From contig JABDLS010000047.1 of the NCBI GenBank assembly GCA_013002885.1, positions 17,351 through 81,350 of the forward strand: a DNA stretch of 64,000 nucleotides, given 5' to 3'. The number at the start of each line of letters is the position of its first letter. The first letter of the stretch is position 1. The translations under genes and the position numbers were made by a program. This DNA comes from Gemmatimonadota bacterium. Lineage in GTDB: Bacteria; Gemmatimonadota; Gemmatimonadetes; Longimicrobiales; Gaopeijiaceae. Under the pieces are notes generated by a model, which saw only the letters and a list, made by a program, of their open reading frames with translations, did no database searches and was not told where the DNA came from. Positions 1 through 10,512 of the stretch are shown one piece after another.

Positions 1-84
1 GTCTTCCGAGGTGGTGGCGCGACCGATGCGCAACAGGTGGGGTAGAGGGGAGTAACGGGGGAACGCACCGAGGATGAGCCACTC

Positions 85-1716
85 ATGAACCGCAGCATCG
101 TCGCACCGATCTTCATCGTCCTCCTGTCCGTTACGGCCGGCGGCTGGCTTCTCCAGCAGGGGGTCGACCGGGCGGAAAACATCTACGTTCGCGTCCGTGT
201 CCTGCAGGAGGTCGTCGATCGGGTCGAGTCGAGCTTCGTCGACGAGGTCGACCCCGGGGCGCTCTACGAATCGGCCATCGACGGCCTTATTCGCGACCTT
301 GGCGACCCGCACTCGTCGTTCCTTCCGGCCGATGAGTACGAGGACCTCAGGATCCGGACCGAAGGGGAGTACGGCGGCGTAGGCCTCGAGGTGACGGAGC
401 GCAACGGCTATGTGACCGTTGTGAGCCCCATACCCGGCGGCCCGGCAGGGCGAATGGGAATCCGCGCCGGCGACCAGTTCTTCGAGATCGAAGGAGTCCC
501 TGCCGACACCATGGTCACGGACCAGGCCGTGGAGCTTCTGCGGGGTCGCCCCGGCGACGAAGTCACGGTGAAGATGCTACGCCCGGGCCTCGATGAGCCC
601 ATCGAGTTCACGATCAACCGTGAGGTCATCCGACTCATGGCCGTGCCGTTCGCCGTCATGCTCGATGGCGAGATAGGGTACGTGCCCCTCCGAACGGTTC
701 GAGAGACCTCGGCGGAGGAGGTGCGTGCCGCCGTGGACTCTCTCCGCGACGCAGGCATGAATGCCCTCATCTTCGACCTTCGAGGCAATCCAGGCGGGCT
801 CCTGGATCAAGGTATCGCTGTCTCTGACCTCTTCCTGGAGCGCGGGCAGGGAATCGTAGAGACGCGGGGGAGAGCCGGCGATCAGAACGAGACCTTCCAG
901 GCGTCGCGTCCGGACCGTTATCCGGGCCTGCCGGTCGTAGTGCTCGTCGACGGCGGAAGCGCCTCGGCTTCGGAGATCATCGCCGGTGCTCTCCAGGACT
1001 ACGATCGAGCCGTCCTCATCGGCGAGACGACGTTCGGCAAAGGCTCGGTGCAGAGTTTGTACCGCCTGACGGGCGGCGACGTCCTCCGATTGACCACTGC
1101 CAAGTGGTACACCCCCATGGGCCGGTCCATCCACCTGGATCCCGAGGTGCGCAGCAACGGCGAGCGGTCCCACACCCTCTCGATCTCCGGTCAACTCGTC
1201 GATCCGGTGGAGTTGGATGGACGACCGACGTACGAATCGGCGGCAGGACGCACGCTCTACGGCGGCGGTGGCATCACGCCCGACCTGTTCGTCATGCCCG
1301 AGACGTTGTCGTCGGCAGAGGTGTCCGCAGTACAGCGCCTGTTCGCGCGTGGGGGCGGCTTCTCGCTCGCCCTGTTCAACTACGCGGTGGATTTCGTGTC
1401 GCGGCATCCCGATCTGGAACCGGGCTTCAGCGTGTCGGCGGCCGACCTCGCGGATTTCTTCGCCACTCTCCCCGACTTCGGGGCCGGCGTCGATCTCGCC
1501 GACTTCGAAGGTGCCGAACGTTTCGTCCGCTACCAGCTCGAGGGCGAGATCGCTCTCCAGGCTTGGGGGGAGGCGGGACAGTTCCGGCAGTTGCTGAGAC
1601 ACGACAGGCAGGTCGCCCGTGCCATCGAGGTGCTCCTGAGCGCCGAGACCCCCGCGGATCTCATCGATGACGTTGCCACCGAGACGTCCGACCAGCTTCC
1701 GGACTCAGGCGCGTAG
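85..1716 (+). CDS. ctpA: C-terminal processing peptidase, S41 family with PDZ domain
   Basis: 543-aa ORF. N-terminal hydrophobic anchor (VAPIFIVLLSVTAGGWLL). PDZ-like segment GGVGLEV...GGPAGRMGIRAGDQFFEIEG. S41-type Ser/Lys motifs GGSASASEIIAGALQD and TFGKGSVQ. Confidence 0.9.
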   Translation: MNRSIVAPIFIVLLSVTAGGWLLQQGVDRAENIYVRVRVLQEVVDRVESSFVDEVDPGALYESAIDGLIRDLGDPHSSFLPADEYEDLRIRTEGEYGGVGLEVTERNGYVTVVSPIPGGPAGRMGIRAGDQFFEIEGVPADTMVTDQAVELLRGRPGDEVTVKMLRPGLDEPIEFTINREVIRLMAVPFAVMLDGEIGYVPLRTVRETSAEEVRAAVDSLRDAGMNALIFDLRGNPGGLLDQGIAVSDLFLERGQGIVETRGRAGDQNETFQASRPDRYPGLPVVVLVDGGSASASEIIAGALQDYDRAVLIGETTFGKGSVQSLYRLTGGDVLRLTTAKWYTPMGRSIHLDPEVRSNGERSHTLSISGQLVDPVELDGRPTYESAAGRTLYGGGGITPDLFVMPETLSSAEVSAVQRLFARGGGFSLALFNYAVDFVSRHPDLEPGFSVSAADLADFFATLPDFGAGVDLADFEGAERFVRYQLEGEIALQAWGEAGQFRQLLRHDRQVARAIEVLLSAETPADLIDDVATETSDQLPDSGA

Positions 1717-1865
1717 GCGCGGGAGGCCAAGCTCCGTCGGCGCTGTCAGGGAGGCACCCCAACGGCGCCGTTGCGAAGGCCACACACGCAAGCCGGTTGG
1801 GGCATGGCGTCGCCCGAAGCCCTTCGTTCGATTCCATTCCATGAACAACAGACCCACCTACGCCC

Positions 1866-2870
1866 ATGAGTGACGTCGAGGTCGTCCGCGGTGGCGTCGT
1901 TGAATCTCGCCACAGCGTCCATGTTGCCGTGGTCAACGCTGATGGAGCGCTCGTGGCGGCCCTTGGTGATCCATCGGCTCTCACGTACTACCGCTCCGCG
2001 GCAAAGCCCATGCAGGCGCTCCCCCTGGTGGAGGAAGGAATCGCTGATCGGTTCGGACTCACCTCTGAGGAGGTCGCCCTCTGCTGTGCATCCCACGAGG
2101 GAGAAGCCCGGCACGTCGAAGGAGCCCTGGCGATCCTGGCGAAGGCGGGGGTTGATGCCGATCTCCTCCGCTGTGGGCCCCATCCACCGTATTCTCGCCA
2201 GGCGGCCATCGAACTCATCCGGGCCGGCCGTGAGCCGGCCCGGGTCCACAACAATTGCTCGGGCAAGCATGCGGGAATGATCGCGCTGGCCGTGGGTATG
2301 GGCTGGGACCCCCTCGACTACCACCTGGCGGATCATCCCGTTCAGCGGAGGATGATCGAAGAGGTCGTGCGGTGGTCGGGGCTGCCCGAGGATCGACTTC
2401 CGACGGGAGTCGACGGGTGTGGTGTGGTGTGTTTCGCCGCTCCACTCAGGGATATGGCCCGCTCGTTCGCCACGTTCACCAGCGATGCCGACGAGGGGGG
2501 CGAGGCGGCCAAGATCGTCGCTGCCATGACGTCCCATCCGTTCATGGTCGGGGGAACGGGCCGCACCTGCACCGACGTCATGGACGTCGCTGGCGACGCG
2601 GTCTTCGTGAAGCTGGGGGCCGAGGGCGTCTACGGGGGTGGCTTGCGGGGTCGAGGGGTGGGCTTCGCCCTCAAGGTCGTCGATGGAGGACGTCGAGCGG
2701 TAGAGGTGGCCCTGATCCATGTGCTGGCGTCTCTCGGCGCGCTGAGCGAGGACGACGTGGCGGCTTTGCGGCACCACGGCAGACCGACGGTCCGGAATAC
2801 TCGAGGGGAGGCTGTGGGCGAGGTCCGGCCTGCCTTCGACCTCTCCATCTACGCCACCGAGGGAGTCTGA
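1866..2870 (+). CDS. asparaginase II-family protein
   Basis: 334-aa ORF with family-typical segments ESRHSVHVAVV, YRSAAKPMQALP, CASHEGE and NNCSGKHAGM. ATG start follows a 149-nt gap. Confidence 0.75.
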   Translation: MSDVEVVRGGVVESRHSVHVAVVNADGALVAALGDPSALTYYRSAAKPMQALPLVEEGIADRFGLTSEEVALCCASHEGEARHVEGALAILAKAGVDADLLRCGPHPPYSRQAAIELIRAGREPARVHNNCSGKHAGMIALAVGMGWDPLDYHLADHPVQRRMIEEVVRWSGLPEDRLPTGVDGCGVVCFAAPLRDMARSFATFTSDADEGGEAAKIVAAMTSHPFMVGGTGRTCTDVMDVAGDAVFVKLGAEGVYGGGLRGRGVGFALKVVDGGRRAVEVALIHVLASLGALSEDDVAALRHHGRPTVRNTRGEAVGEVRPAFDLSIYATEGV

Positions 2871-2871
2871 C

Positions 2872-3903
2872 GTGTTCGTCGATCGCGCCGTCATCGAGGT
2901 GAAAGCCGGCGTCGGGGGGTCCGGCGCCGAGGCCTTCCGGAGGGAGTCGGGAGTCCCGCGGGGCGGGCCCTCGGGAGGCGACGGGGGGAAGGGTGGGGAC
3001 GTGATCCTGCTGGCGGACTCGCAGCTCACGACGCTCCTGGACTACAGCTATCGCCGCCACTACAAGGCGCCCCGGGGGATGCACGGGGAAGGGAGCAACC
3101 GAACGGGGAAGTCGGGGGAGGATCTGATCCTCAAGGTCCCGCCTGGGACCGTGGCCTACGACGACGAGACCCACGAGCTCCTGGGGGAGCTTCTGGACGA
3201 CGGTGAGTCCGTCGTCATTGCCCGGGGCGGCCGGGGCGGCCGGGGGAATGCTCGCTTCAAGACCGCCACGCACCAGGCGCCCAGGCGTTGGGAGCCCGGC
3301 GAGGAAGGCGACGAGCGCCGTGTCAGGCTCGAGTTGAAGCTCATCGCAGACGTGGGACTCGTCGGGGAGCCCAACGCCGGGAAGTCGACGCTCCTCGCGA
3401 CCGTCACGGCTGCGCGGCCCAAGGTCGCCTCGTACCCGTTTACGACCCTGTCACCCAACCTCGGCGTGGCGCAGCTGTCCGACTACAGGACCTTCGTCAT
3501 CGCCGACATCCCGGGGATCATCGAAGGAGCCCATGAGGGCAAGGGACTGGGCCACCAGTTCCTGCGACATATCGAGCGCACCAGGATCCTGCTCCTCATG
3601 ATCCCCGTCGATACGCCGGACCCTCAAGCCGAGTACGGCCGGATCCGCGAGGAGCTGGGGGCCTATTCCGAGGATCTCGCTCGGACACCCTTCGTGGTGG
3701 CGCTCACCAAGGTCGACCTTCTGGGACCCGAAGATGACCTGCCGGACCTCGATGCGGATGATGCCCTCGACGTGGTATACCTCTCGGCGGTCGCAAGGAA
3801 GGGTCTCGACGAGCTCCTCGAGCTGCTCTGGAAACACAGTCAATCTGTCGTCGCAGAAGAGAGGGGCTCTGGCGACGGAGCCGAGGAGTGGTGGAACCCA
3901 TGA
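2872..3903 (+). CDS. obg: GTPase Obg/CgtA
   Basis: Obg fold N-terminus (FVDRAVIEVKAGVGGSGAEAFRRE, GGDGGKGGDV). G motifs GEPNAGKST, DIPGIIEGA and TKVD. GTG start lies 1 nt after the upstream stop. Confidence 0.95.
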   Translation: MFVDRAVIEVKAGVGGSGAEAFRRESGVPRGGPSGGDGGKGGDVILLADSQLTTLLDYSYRRHYKAPRGMHGEGSNRTGKSGEDLILKVPPGTVAYDDETHELLGELLDDGESVVIARGGRGGRGNARFKTATHQAPRRWEPGEEGDERRVRLELKLIADVGLVGEPNAGKSTLLATVTAARPKVASYPFTTLSPNLGVAQLSDYRTFVIADIPGIIEGAHEGKGLGHQFLRHIERTRILLLMIPVDTPDPQAEYGRIREELGAYSEDLARTPFVVALTKVDLLGPEDDLPDLDADDALDVVYLSAVARKGLDELLELLWKHSQSVVAEERGSGDGAEEWWNP

Positions 3904-3922
3904 AAAGGGTTGGCGGGCGGGC

Positions 3923-5098
3923 ATGAGCGCGTTCGAGCTCCTCCTGCTGGAGCAGCTCCCGGGCGTCGGGCCAGCCACCGTTCGCAGGCTCGTCCGTCGC
4001 TTCGGTGACGCCGGAAAGGCCCTCGAGGCCGCTGATGCATCCTTTGCAGCCACCGTTGGGGGAGCCCACGCGCGCGCTTCGGCCCGGGCCCGTCGGGACC
4101 CGACTCGGCACCACCGGGTGCGCGACGCTTTGAAACGAGCCGCGGCCACGGAGACAGCTGTGGTGTCCTGGGACGACGACCTGTACCCCGCGGCACTCCA
4201 CCACCTCGCCGATCCTCCTCCCGTCCTCTTTCTCGCGGGGCGATTGGAGCTCCTGCGGCGGGGGCCGACCGTGGCCGTTGTTGGCGCCCGGCGCTCCACC
4301 GCGCGGGCCAGGGACGTCGCAGGTCGCCTTGGGACGTCCTTGGGGCGGAACGGGGTGACGGTCGTGAGCGGCCTGGCGCTCGGGGTCGATGGCGCGGCCC
4401 ACGCGGGCGCCCTGCGGGCCGAGGGCGACACCATCGCGGTTCTAGGCGCCGGGGTCGACGTACCGTATCCGAGGTTTCACCGGCGACTCCATCACCAGAT
4501 CCGCCAGCGTGGCCTGCTCGTCAGCGAGTTCCCACCGGGCACCAACGCAGCTCCGCACCATTTTCCTCGACGGAACCGGCTACTCGCGGCCCTGTCGGGA
4601 AGCGTAGTCGTCGTCGAAGCTGGAGACCGAAGCGGCGCGCTCATCACCGTCGATCATGCATTGGATCTTGGGCGGGACGTGTGGGCCGTGCCTGGCCCCA
4701 TCGATACACGGGTCTGTGTGGGGTCGAATAGGCTTCTGGCTGAAGGCGCCCGCCCGTTCATATCCGTCGATGCATTCGTCGCGGAGGTCGGAGGTTCGCC
4801 CACGGGGACTGGCGCCGCGGCGCCTTCCGAAGGTGCGCAGCTATCGCTGTTGACGCGGCCCCGAGGCTTGGACCCCTCCTCGTTCGTATCCGTCGTGCCG
4901 ACCCCGGCGCACGATGTCATTGCCGAACCGCTGGAGCACCGACTGCTGCGCACCCTCGAAGAGGCACCGGCGCAGGCCGACGAGTTGGCGCGTCGTTTCG
5001 AGGAACCTATCTCCACGATCCTCGCCGTCCTCACGACCCTGGAACTCCACGGCGAGGTCGAGAGACTGGCTGGCATGCGCTTCCGGCGGGCCGCGTGA
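3923..5098 (+). CDS. dprA: DNA-processing protein DprA
   Basis: Rossmann-like DprA core GARRSTARARDVAGRLG...GVTVVSGLALGVDGAAHAGAL and FPRRNRLLAALS. ATG at 3923 chosen instead of the track start 3734, which overlaps obg in another frame. Confidence 0.88.
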   Translation: MSAFELLLLEQLPGVGPATVRRLVRRFGDAGKALEAADASFAATVGGAHARASARARRDPTRHHRVRDALKRAAATETAVVSWDDDLYPAALHHLADPPPVLFLAGRLELLRRGPTVAVVGARRSTARARDVAGRLGTSLGRNGVTVVSGLALGVDGAAHAGALRAEGDTIAVLGAGVDVPYPRFHRRLHHQIRQRGLLVSEFPPGTNAAPHHFPRRNRLLAALSGSVVVVEAGDRSGALITVDHALDLGRDVWAVPGPIDTRVCVGSNRLLAEGARPFISVDAFVAEVGGSPTGTGAAAPSEGAQLSLLTRPRGLDPSSFVSVVPTPAHDVIAEPLEHRLLRTLEEAPAQADELARRFEEPISTILAVLTTLELHGEVERLAGMRFRRAA

Positions 5099-6273
5099 AA
5101 AGGGCGCGACCGGAGAGGTCTGCCGGCCCCGGCTCCGGTACTCGGGTGTCGTCCGTCTACGTCCACGCCCCCTTTTGCGCCCGCCGGTGCACGTACTGTG
5201 ACTTTGCGGTCTCCGTGCGAACCACGGGTGATGCGGACGAATGGCTGAGCGCTTTGGAGGCGGAGTGGCGAATCGTCGAGCAAGAGGGGCTGTTCAGCGT
5301 AGCGGACACCCTCGACACCCTGTATGTCGGCGGCGGGACTCCCTCGCTCCTCGGTCCCAGAGCCATGAGTGGACTCGCCGAGATCGTCGGGCGGGAGCGG
5401 TTGGGCGCCAACCACCTCGAGTGGACGGCCGAGGCCAACCCCGAGAGCTTCACGCCGGATGTGGCCGAGGGCTGGGCAATCGCCGGAGTGAATCGCCTCA
5501 GCTTGGGGGCCCAGAGCTTCCATCCGGGAACGCTCCGATGGATGGGCCGGTTGCACGGGCCGGGTGGTCCAGAGCGAGCTCTCGACGCCGCCCGCCGCGT
5601 TGGCATCGACAACGTGAGCGTGGATCTGATCTTCGGGCTACCGCCGGACGTGGGCCGTTCCTGGGCCGGCGACCTCGCGCGCGTGCTCGATCTGGACGTC
5701 CCCCACGTGAGCCTCTACGGCCTCACCGTCGAGAGCGGAACCGCGCTCGGCCGGGCGGTCCGGGAGGGACGTGAACTCCCCGTGGACGAGGAGCAGTACC
5801 GCGACGAGTTTCTCCTTGCGGCGGAGACGCTGACCGCTGCCGGATACCTCCACTATGAGGTGTCGAACTTCGCTCGCCCCGGGGCCGAGGCGCGACACAA
5901 TGCGGTGTACTGGCAGGGGCGGCCGTACCTTGGACTGGGCAACGGCTCCCACAGTTACGCGCCTCCAGTTCGGCGCTGGAACGCGCGGGCCTGGGATCAG
6001 TACCGGGCCGCCGCCTTGAAGGGCCTTTCTCCGGAGGAGTCCCGGGAGATGGTGGATGAGGAGGCCGCGGAGCTCGAGGCCGTCTGGCTGGGCTTGCGAA
6101 GCCGCTTCGGGATCCCGACGCCTCGAGGGGTGTCGAAGGTCAGGGACACGCTCGACGGCTGGCTCGAGCGCGGTTTGGCCATCGAGGCGGACGGTCGCCT
6201 GCGCCTCACCGCGGAAGGGTGGCTCCTCCTTGACGAACTCGCTGTCGATCTCGCCGAGAATCGGCGGAGTTGA
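5095..6273 (+). CDS. hemW: radical SAM heme chaperone HemW (HemN-like, oxygen-independent coproporphyrinogen oxidase family)
   Basis: Radical SAM cluster motif VHAPFCARRCTYCDF. GGGTPS motif. HemN C-terminal-like domain. GTGA overlap with the dprA stop. Confidence 0.88.
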   Translation: MKRARPERSAGPGSGTRVSSVYVHAPFCARRCTYCDFAVSVRTTGDADEWLSALEAEWRIVEQEGLFSVADTLDTLYVGGGTPSLLGPRAMSGLAEIVGRERLGANHLEWTAEANPESFTPDVAEGWAIAGVNRLSLGAQSFHPGTLRWMGRLHGPGGPERALDAARRVGIDNVSVDLIFGLPPDVGRSWAGDLARVLDLDVPHVSLYGLTVESGTALGRAVREGRELPVDEEQYRDEFLLAAETLTAAGYLHYEVSNFARPGAEARHNAVYWQGRPYLGLGNGSHSYAPPVRRWNARAWDQYRAAALKGLSPEESREMVDEEAAELEAVWLGLRSRFGIPTPRGVSKVRDTLDGWLERGLAIEADGRLRLTAEGWLLLDELAVDLAENRRS

Positions 6274-6304
6274 CCGCCGGACCACGAAATTTCGATCTTC
6301 GAGC

Positions 6305-7375
6305 ATGTGCGCACTGGATCGCCGAGACATGGTCGGCACGGAACTGAGCGAACGGGAACGGCAGGTTCTCGAGGCGGTCGTGCGCACATATGTCGAGACG
6401 GCGGAGCCCGCGGGCAGCCGAACGGTGTCGCGAAACTACGACCTGGGCGTCTCTGCGGCGACTGTGCGCAACACCATGAGCGACCTCGAGGAGAAGGGAT
6501 ATCTGTTTCATCCTCACACGTCGGCGGGTAGGGTCCCCACGGACGTGGCGTACCGGTTCTTCGTGGACCGCCTCATGGAGCCGCTGGCGCCATCGCCCCA
6601 AGAACGTGCCGACCTCGAGCGGCGTCTCGAAGGAGCGGGGACGTCGGCTGTTGAGCGTCTGGTCATTCACGCCACCCGGGCGCTCAGCTTCATCTCCCAC
6701 GAGCTCGGGGTCGCCGTCGCCCCTCGCCTCGACGACGCGATCCTCGAGAAGCTGGAACTCATCAAGGTATCGTCCGACAAGGTCCTCCTCGTCGCCACCA
6801 TCGGGGGCGGCGTCGTCAGGACGGTCTATGTCGACCTTCCCGTGCAGGTGCCCCACGAGACGCTGGTCCGGGTGACCGTGGCGCTGAACGAGCGCCTCGG
6901 TGGACAGGCGCTGAGCGAGATCCGTGGCACGCTGCCCCACCGTCTCCGCGACGCCGTGAGCGACGAACAGAGCGCGGAGCTCATGAACATCTTCGTTCAG
7001 TCCAGCGCCGAGCTTTTCGACCTGAGTACCCTGTCCGACTCGCAGCTTCTCCTCGGCCCGGCCAGCGTCCTGGCCGGGCAGCCTGAGTTCGAGAGCGGTG
7101 AGCAGCTCAAGAACCTCATCAGTCTGACGGAGGAGACGGACCTACTGGCCGAGGCCGTGGGTAACCGCGACCACGCTGGTCGACTCAGAATCACCATCGG
7201 TGAAGAGAACGATGCCAGCGTGCTGTCCGACTTCACACTCGTGACGGCGGAATACCGCGTCGGCGACCTCAAGGGGGTCATCGGCGTCATTGGTCCGACC
7301 CGCATGCCCTACGAGAAGGTCGTTACGATAGTCGACTATACGTCGTCCCTGGTAACCCGAATCCTAGCCACGTGA
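6305..7375 (+). CDS. hrcA: heat-inducible transcriptional repressor HrcA
   Basis: N-terminal winged helix LSERERQVLEAVVRTYVETAEPAGSRTVS...SAATVRNTMSDLEEKGYL..HTSAGRVPT. ATG at 6305 (alternative 6329). The track start 6056 overlaps hemW. Confidence 0.9.
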   Translation: MCALDRRDMVGTELSERERQVLEAVVRTYVETAEPAGSRTVSRNYDLGVSAATVRNTMSDLEEKGYLFHPHTSAGRVPTDVAYRFFVDRLMEPLAPSPQERADLERRLEGAGTSAVERLVIHATRALSFISHELGVAVAPRLDDAILEKLELIKVSSDKVLLVATIGGGVVRTVYVDLPVQVPHETLVRVTVALNERLGGQALSEIRGTLPHRLRDAVSDEQSAELMNIFVQSSAELFDLSTLSDSQLLLGPASVLAGQPEFESGEQLKNLISLTEETDLLAEAVGNRDHAGRLRITIGEENDASVLSDFTLVTAEYRVGDLKGVIGVIGPTRMPYEKVVTIVDYTSSLVTRILAT

Positions 7376-7422
7376 GGCGCGCCTCCTCGGGAAGCGCCGT
7401 GTCCGTGTTCGACAGGTATTAG

Positions 7423-8580
7423 ATGTCCGACTATTACGAGCTTCTCGGCGTCCCGCGAGATGCGGACGGCGAGCAAATCAAGAAGGCCTATCGCAAACTC
7501 GCCCTGAAATACCACCCCGACCGGAACGAGGGGTCGAAGGAGGCCGAGGACCGCTTCAAGGAGGTCACCGAGGCGTACGAGGTCCTCCGTGACTCCGAGA
7601 AGCGGTCGATGTACGACCGGTATGGCAAGCAGGGGGTTCGGGGTGCGGCGGGCTCTGGCCCACAGGGCTTCGATTTCAGCGATGCGATCGAGGTCTTCAT
7701 GCGCGACTTCGGAGGCTTCTCGGGCATCGAGGACCTCTTCGGGATGCGAGGCGCGCGGGGCCAGCGTACGAAGACCCGCAAGGGTCAGACGGTCCGTATC
7801 CGTCTGCCGCTGACGTTGTCCGAGGTGGCGTCAGGCGTGACCAGGAAGGTACGAGTCGCCCTTCTCGACGAGTGCGACGCCTGTTCGGGAACGGGCGCCG
7901 AGTCGGGTCAGCCACCGGCTCCGTGTTCGAATTGTGGCGGGTCGGGAGAGGAACGCCACGTCCAACGGTCGGTCTTCGGCCAGTTCGTCAGCGTACAGCC
8001 GTGCCGCCGGTGCGGGGGTGAAGGTCGGGTCATCGAGAGCCCCTGCCCGAAGTGTTCGGGCGAGGGTCGGACACGATCGGAGCGTGAGATCGAGGTGGAG
8101 GTGCCCGCCGGCGTGACATCGGAGAATTTCCTCACGCTCAGGGGGCGGGGAAGCGTCGGCCCCCGGGGCGGCCCGCGCGGCGATCTGGTCGTGCTCCTCG
8201 AGGTGGAGGAGGATCCGAGATTCGTACGGAGAGGGTCGGACCTCGTGCACGAACTGCCCATCACCTTCACCCAGGCCGCCCTGGGAGGCGAGATGGACGT
8301 ACCGACCATCGAGGGCACGGCGCGGCTGAAGATCCCCCGAGGGATCCAGAGCGGGGAACTGCTTCGCCTGAAGGGTCTCGGCTTGCCAGAGCTGAACGGC
8401 ACCATCCGTGGCGACCAGTTGGTTCGCGTCGTCGTTTGGGTACCCGACGAGCTCAGCGCCGAGCAGGAGGACCTCCTGGAGCGACTCGCCGCTGTCGAGA
8501 GCGCCCCGCCGACGAAGGTAAAGAGAGGTTCGCGAAAGGGGTTCTGGTCCCGAGTGAAGGAAGCGCTTACGGGCGGATGA
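7423..8580 (+). CDS. dnaJ: molecular chaperone DnaJ
   Basis: J domain with HPD (YYELLGV...KYHPDRN). G/F-rich linker. Four CxxCxG zinc motifs ([32 protein letters not shown]). Confidence 0.97.
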   Translation: MSDYYELLGVPRDADGEQIKKAYRKLALKYHPDRNEGSKEAEDRFKEVTEAYEVLRDSEKRSMYDRYGKQGVRGAAGSGPQGFDFSDAIEVFMRDFGGFSGIEDLFGMRGARGQRTKTRKGQTVRIRLPLTLSEVASGVTRKVRVALLDECDACSGTGAESGQPPAPCSNCGGSGEERHVQRSVFGQFVSVQPCRRCGGEGRVIESPCPKCSGEGRTRSEREIEVEVPAGVTSENFLTLRGRGSVGPRGGPRGDLVVLLEVEEDPRFVRRGSDLVHELPITFTQAALGGEMDVPTIEGTARLKIPRGIQSGELLRLKGLGLPELNGTIRGDQLVRVVVWVPDELSAEQEDLLERLAAVESAPPTKVKRGSRKGFWSRVKEALTGG

Positions 8581-9446
8581 GTCATGACCGCCGTTGGCTC
8601 GAGCTCAGGGTGCGAGCGGAGGGAGCCGAAGCTCGGGAATTGGTGCCTGACGCACTTGTCGAGTTAGGTGCCCGGGGAGTGATCGAGGGTCCGGCCCGCC
8701 ACATCGCGTACTTCGAAGAGCCTACCGACGCCGAGGCCTTCGCGGCGAGGGCCGAGGGGTCGCTCCGCGAGACGATTCCCGGTCGTGTCATCGAGGTGGA
8801 ATGGCGGTGGCAGGAGCATGAGGAGTGGGCCGAGCTGTGGAAGAGGGGCCTCGGGCCACGTCGCATCACGGACCGTCTCGTCGTACATCCGTCCTGGAAG
8901 CCGCCAGGTGGTCTCCGGTCGGGCGATGTGGTCATCGTGCTCGACCCGGGAATGGCCTTCGGGACGGCTGAGCATGGCACGACGAGGGGTTGTCTGCGCC
9001 TCCTCGACGAGGTGGTGCAGAAGGGCGAGCGCGTTCTCGACGTCGGAGCCGGCTCGGGCATCCTCTCGATCGCGGCGGCGCGGCTTGGTGCGGAGCAGGT
9101 CGTGGCCATAGAGGGAGATCCTCTCGCATGTGAAGCCATGACCGACAACCTCCGACGAAACCGGGTCCGGCTGCGTGTCGCGATCCGCCAGGTCTGGGTC
9201 GATTCTCCGGCCCTTGCGGCGATGGAAGCCTACGATGGAGTCATCGCCAACATCGAGAGGGGGCTCCTGCTACCCCTTCTCCCCGGCCTCACGGCCACGG
9301 TGGCTCCGGGTGGCTGGCTCCTTCTCTCTGGGATCCTGGAGAGCGAGTTCGCAGAGGTCGCGGCGACGGCAAAAAGCGCCGGCTTCGTGCCGGTGAACGT
9401 TGACGCCGACGGAGAGTGGAGGTCCGCGCTCTTCCGTCGGGGCTAG
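8577..9446 (+). CDS. prmA: ribosomal protein L11 methyltransferase
   Basis: SAM-binding [15 protein letters not shown]. PrmA-type FGTAEHGTT motif. ATGA overlap with the dnaJ stop. Track start 8436 rejected. Confidence 0.9.
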   Translation: MSHDRRWLELRVRAEGAEARELVPDALVELGARGVIEGPARHIAYFEEPTDAEAFAARAEGSLRETIPGRVIEVEWRWQEHEEWAELWKRGLGPRRITDRLVVHPSWKPPGGLRSGDVVIVLDPGMAFGTAEHGTTRGCLRLLDEVVQKGERVLDVGAGSGILSIAAARLGAEQVVAIEGDPLACEAMTDNLRRNRVRLRVAIRQVWVDSPALAAMEAYDGVIANIERGLLLPLLPGLTATVAPGGWLLLSGILESEFAEVAATAKSAGFVPVNVDADGEWRSALFRRG

Positions 9447-9475
9447 ACCACAGAGCCGCCGGACCGCTGGGGCGT

Positions 9476-9883
9476 TCACGCCGCTCTGCGCACCACGGCT
9501 CGTCGGGCGTCTCGTTCGGCGAGGGCGATGGCGTACCAACGGCTCACCTCCATCCTGGATCGGCAGTCCATACCGAGGCCGACCCAGCGGACGCTCTCCC
9601 TCAGGCGGAGCGCCGGAGGGGGCTCGTCAGGGGGCGTGTTCGAGCTTCGGACGGCGATGACCCAGGCATCGGCGCTGCCGTCTTCCCTGAGTCGCCAGGA
9701 CCCCTGCCAACTCTCGAGGACCCGGAAGCGCTCGGGGTGCCCCTCGAGGGCGTGGCGAAGGCGGTCGATGGTGACCGATGGGCCCACCCGTTCCGTGAGA
9801 AGCCTCAGTAGCTCGCCCAGACGAAGAGCGGGATGGGGTGTCGCGTGGAGTACGGATTCGGCGTGGGTGGCGATCGTGTTCAT
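9476..9883 (-). CDS. hypothetical protein (135 aa), possible winged-helix/HARE-HTH-like N-terminus
   Basis: Start chosen at the internal ATG (9883-9881), preceded by AGGAG 7 nt upstream. High GC3 codon pattern. The competing + strand ORFs are Arg/Ser-rich junk. Contains GHPERFRVLESWQGSWRL. Confidence 0.6.
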   Translation of the reverse strand: MNTIATHAESVLHATPHPALRLGELLRLLTERVGPSVTIDRLRHALEGHPERFRVLESWQGSWRLREDGSADAWVIAVRSSNTPPDEPPPALRLRESVRWVGLGMDCRSRMEVSRWYAIALAERDARRAVVRRAA

Positions 9884-10032
9884 CCATGACTCCTGTGGTG
9901 GTCCGCGGGCGTTGACGGAGCACGAAGGTCGAGCGGCCCAGCGGGCCGGGCCATGCCACCTTGGGACTTCGCGGCACCCATGCGGGTAGGGGTGTCCGTC
10001 TGACGCGTCCATCACCCTTTCGAGGAGCGCCT

Positions 10033-10383
10033 GTGACCAACGACCATTGCTTGTTCTGTCGTATCGTCGATGGCGACGTCCCCGCCGATGTCGTCCATGA
10101 GACCGAGCACGTCCTTGCCTTTCGAGATGTCTCACCGAAGGCACCCACCCATGTCCTCGTCATCCCCAAACGGCACATCGCCTCTCTGGCCGAGACCGAC
10201 GACGGTGATACCACGCTGCTGGGTGAGGTGATGATCGCGGCCCGAGACGTAGCGCGGGGTGCCGGCATCGACGAGGCAGGGTTCCGGATCGTCGCCAACA
10301 CCGGGGGCGATGGGGGTCAGACCGTCCACCATCTTCACGTCCACGTTCTAGGCGGGCGGGCTCTCGGCTGGCCTCCCGGCTGA
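10033..10383 (+). CDS. HIT (histidine triad) family nucleotide hydrolase
   Basis: CLFCRIV...HVLVIPKRH...HHLHVHVLGG histidine triad. GTG start with GAGGAG 6 nt upstream. Confidence 0.9.
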   Translation: MTNDHCLFCRIVDGDVPADVVHETEHVLAFRDVSPKAPTHVLVIPKRHIASLAETDDGDTTLLGEVMIAARDVARGAGIDEAGFRIVANTGGDGGQTVHHLHVHVLGGRALGWPPG

Positions 10384-10512
10384 TCACCCCTCAGGCGGAC
10401 GGTGGGCGTGAGAGCCCCGCGCTGGGGCCGGTGTCGTCGCGTTGATCGCGGTGAGGCTCGTCGGTAGCTTCAACCCCCCGAACGAGAACCGAAACCGAAG
10501 CGAGTCGAACCC

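Noticed and set aside
1717-1865. Structured element or small RNA in the 149-nt gap after ctpA (imperfect long hairpin CCCCAAC…GTTGGGG).
   Set aside because: The pairing is interrupted, no U-tract follows, and I recognised no resemblance to a known RNA family. GC-rich sequence forms such hairpins by chance. At most it is a weak terminator.
6274-7422. CIRCE (HrcA operator) upstream of hrcA or dnaJ.
   Set aside because: Neither short intergenic segment contains any TTAGCACTC/GAGTGCTAA-like inverted repeat.
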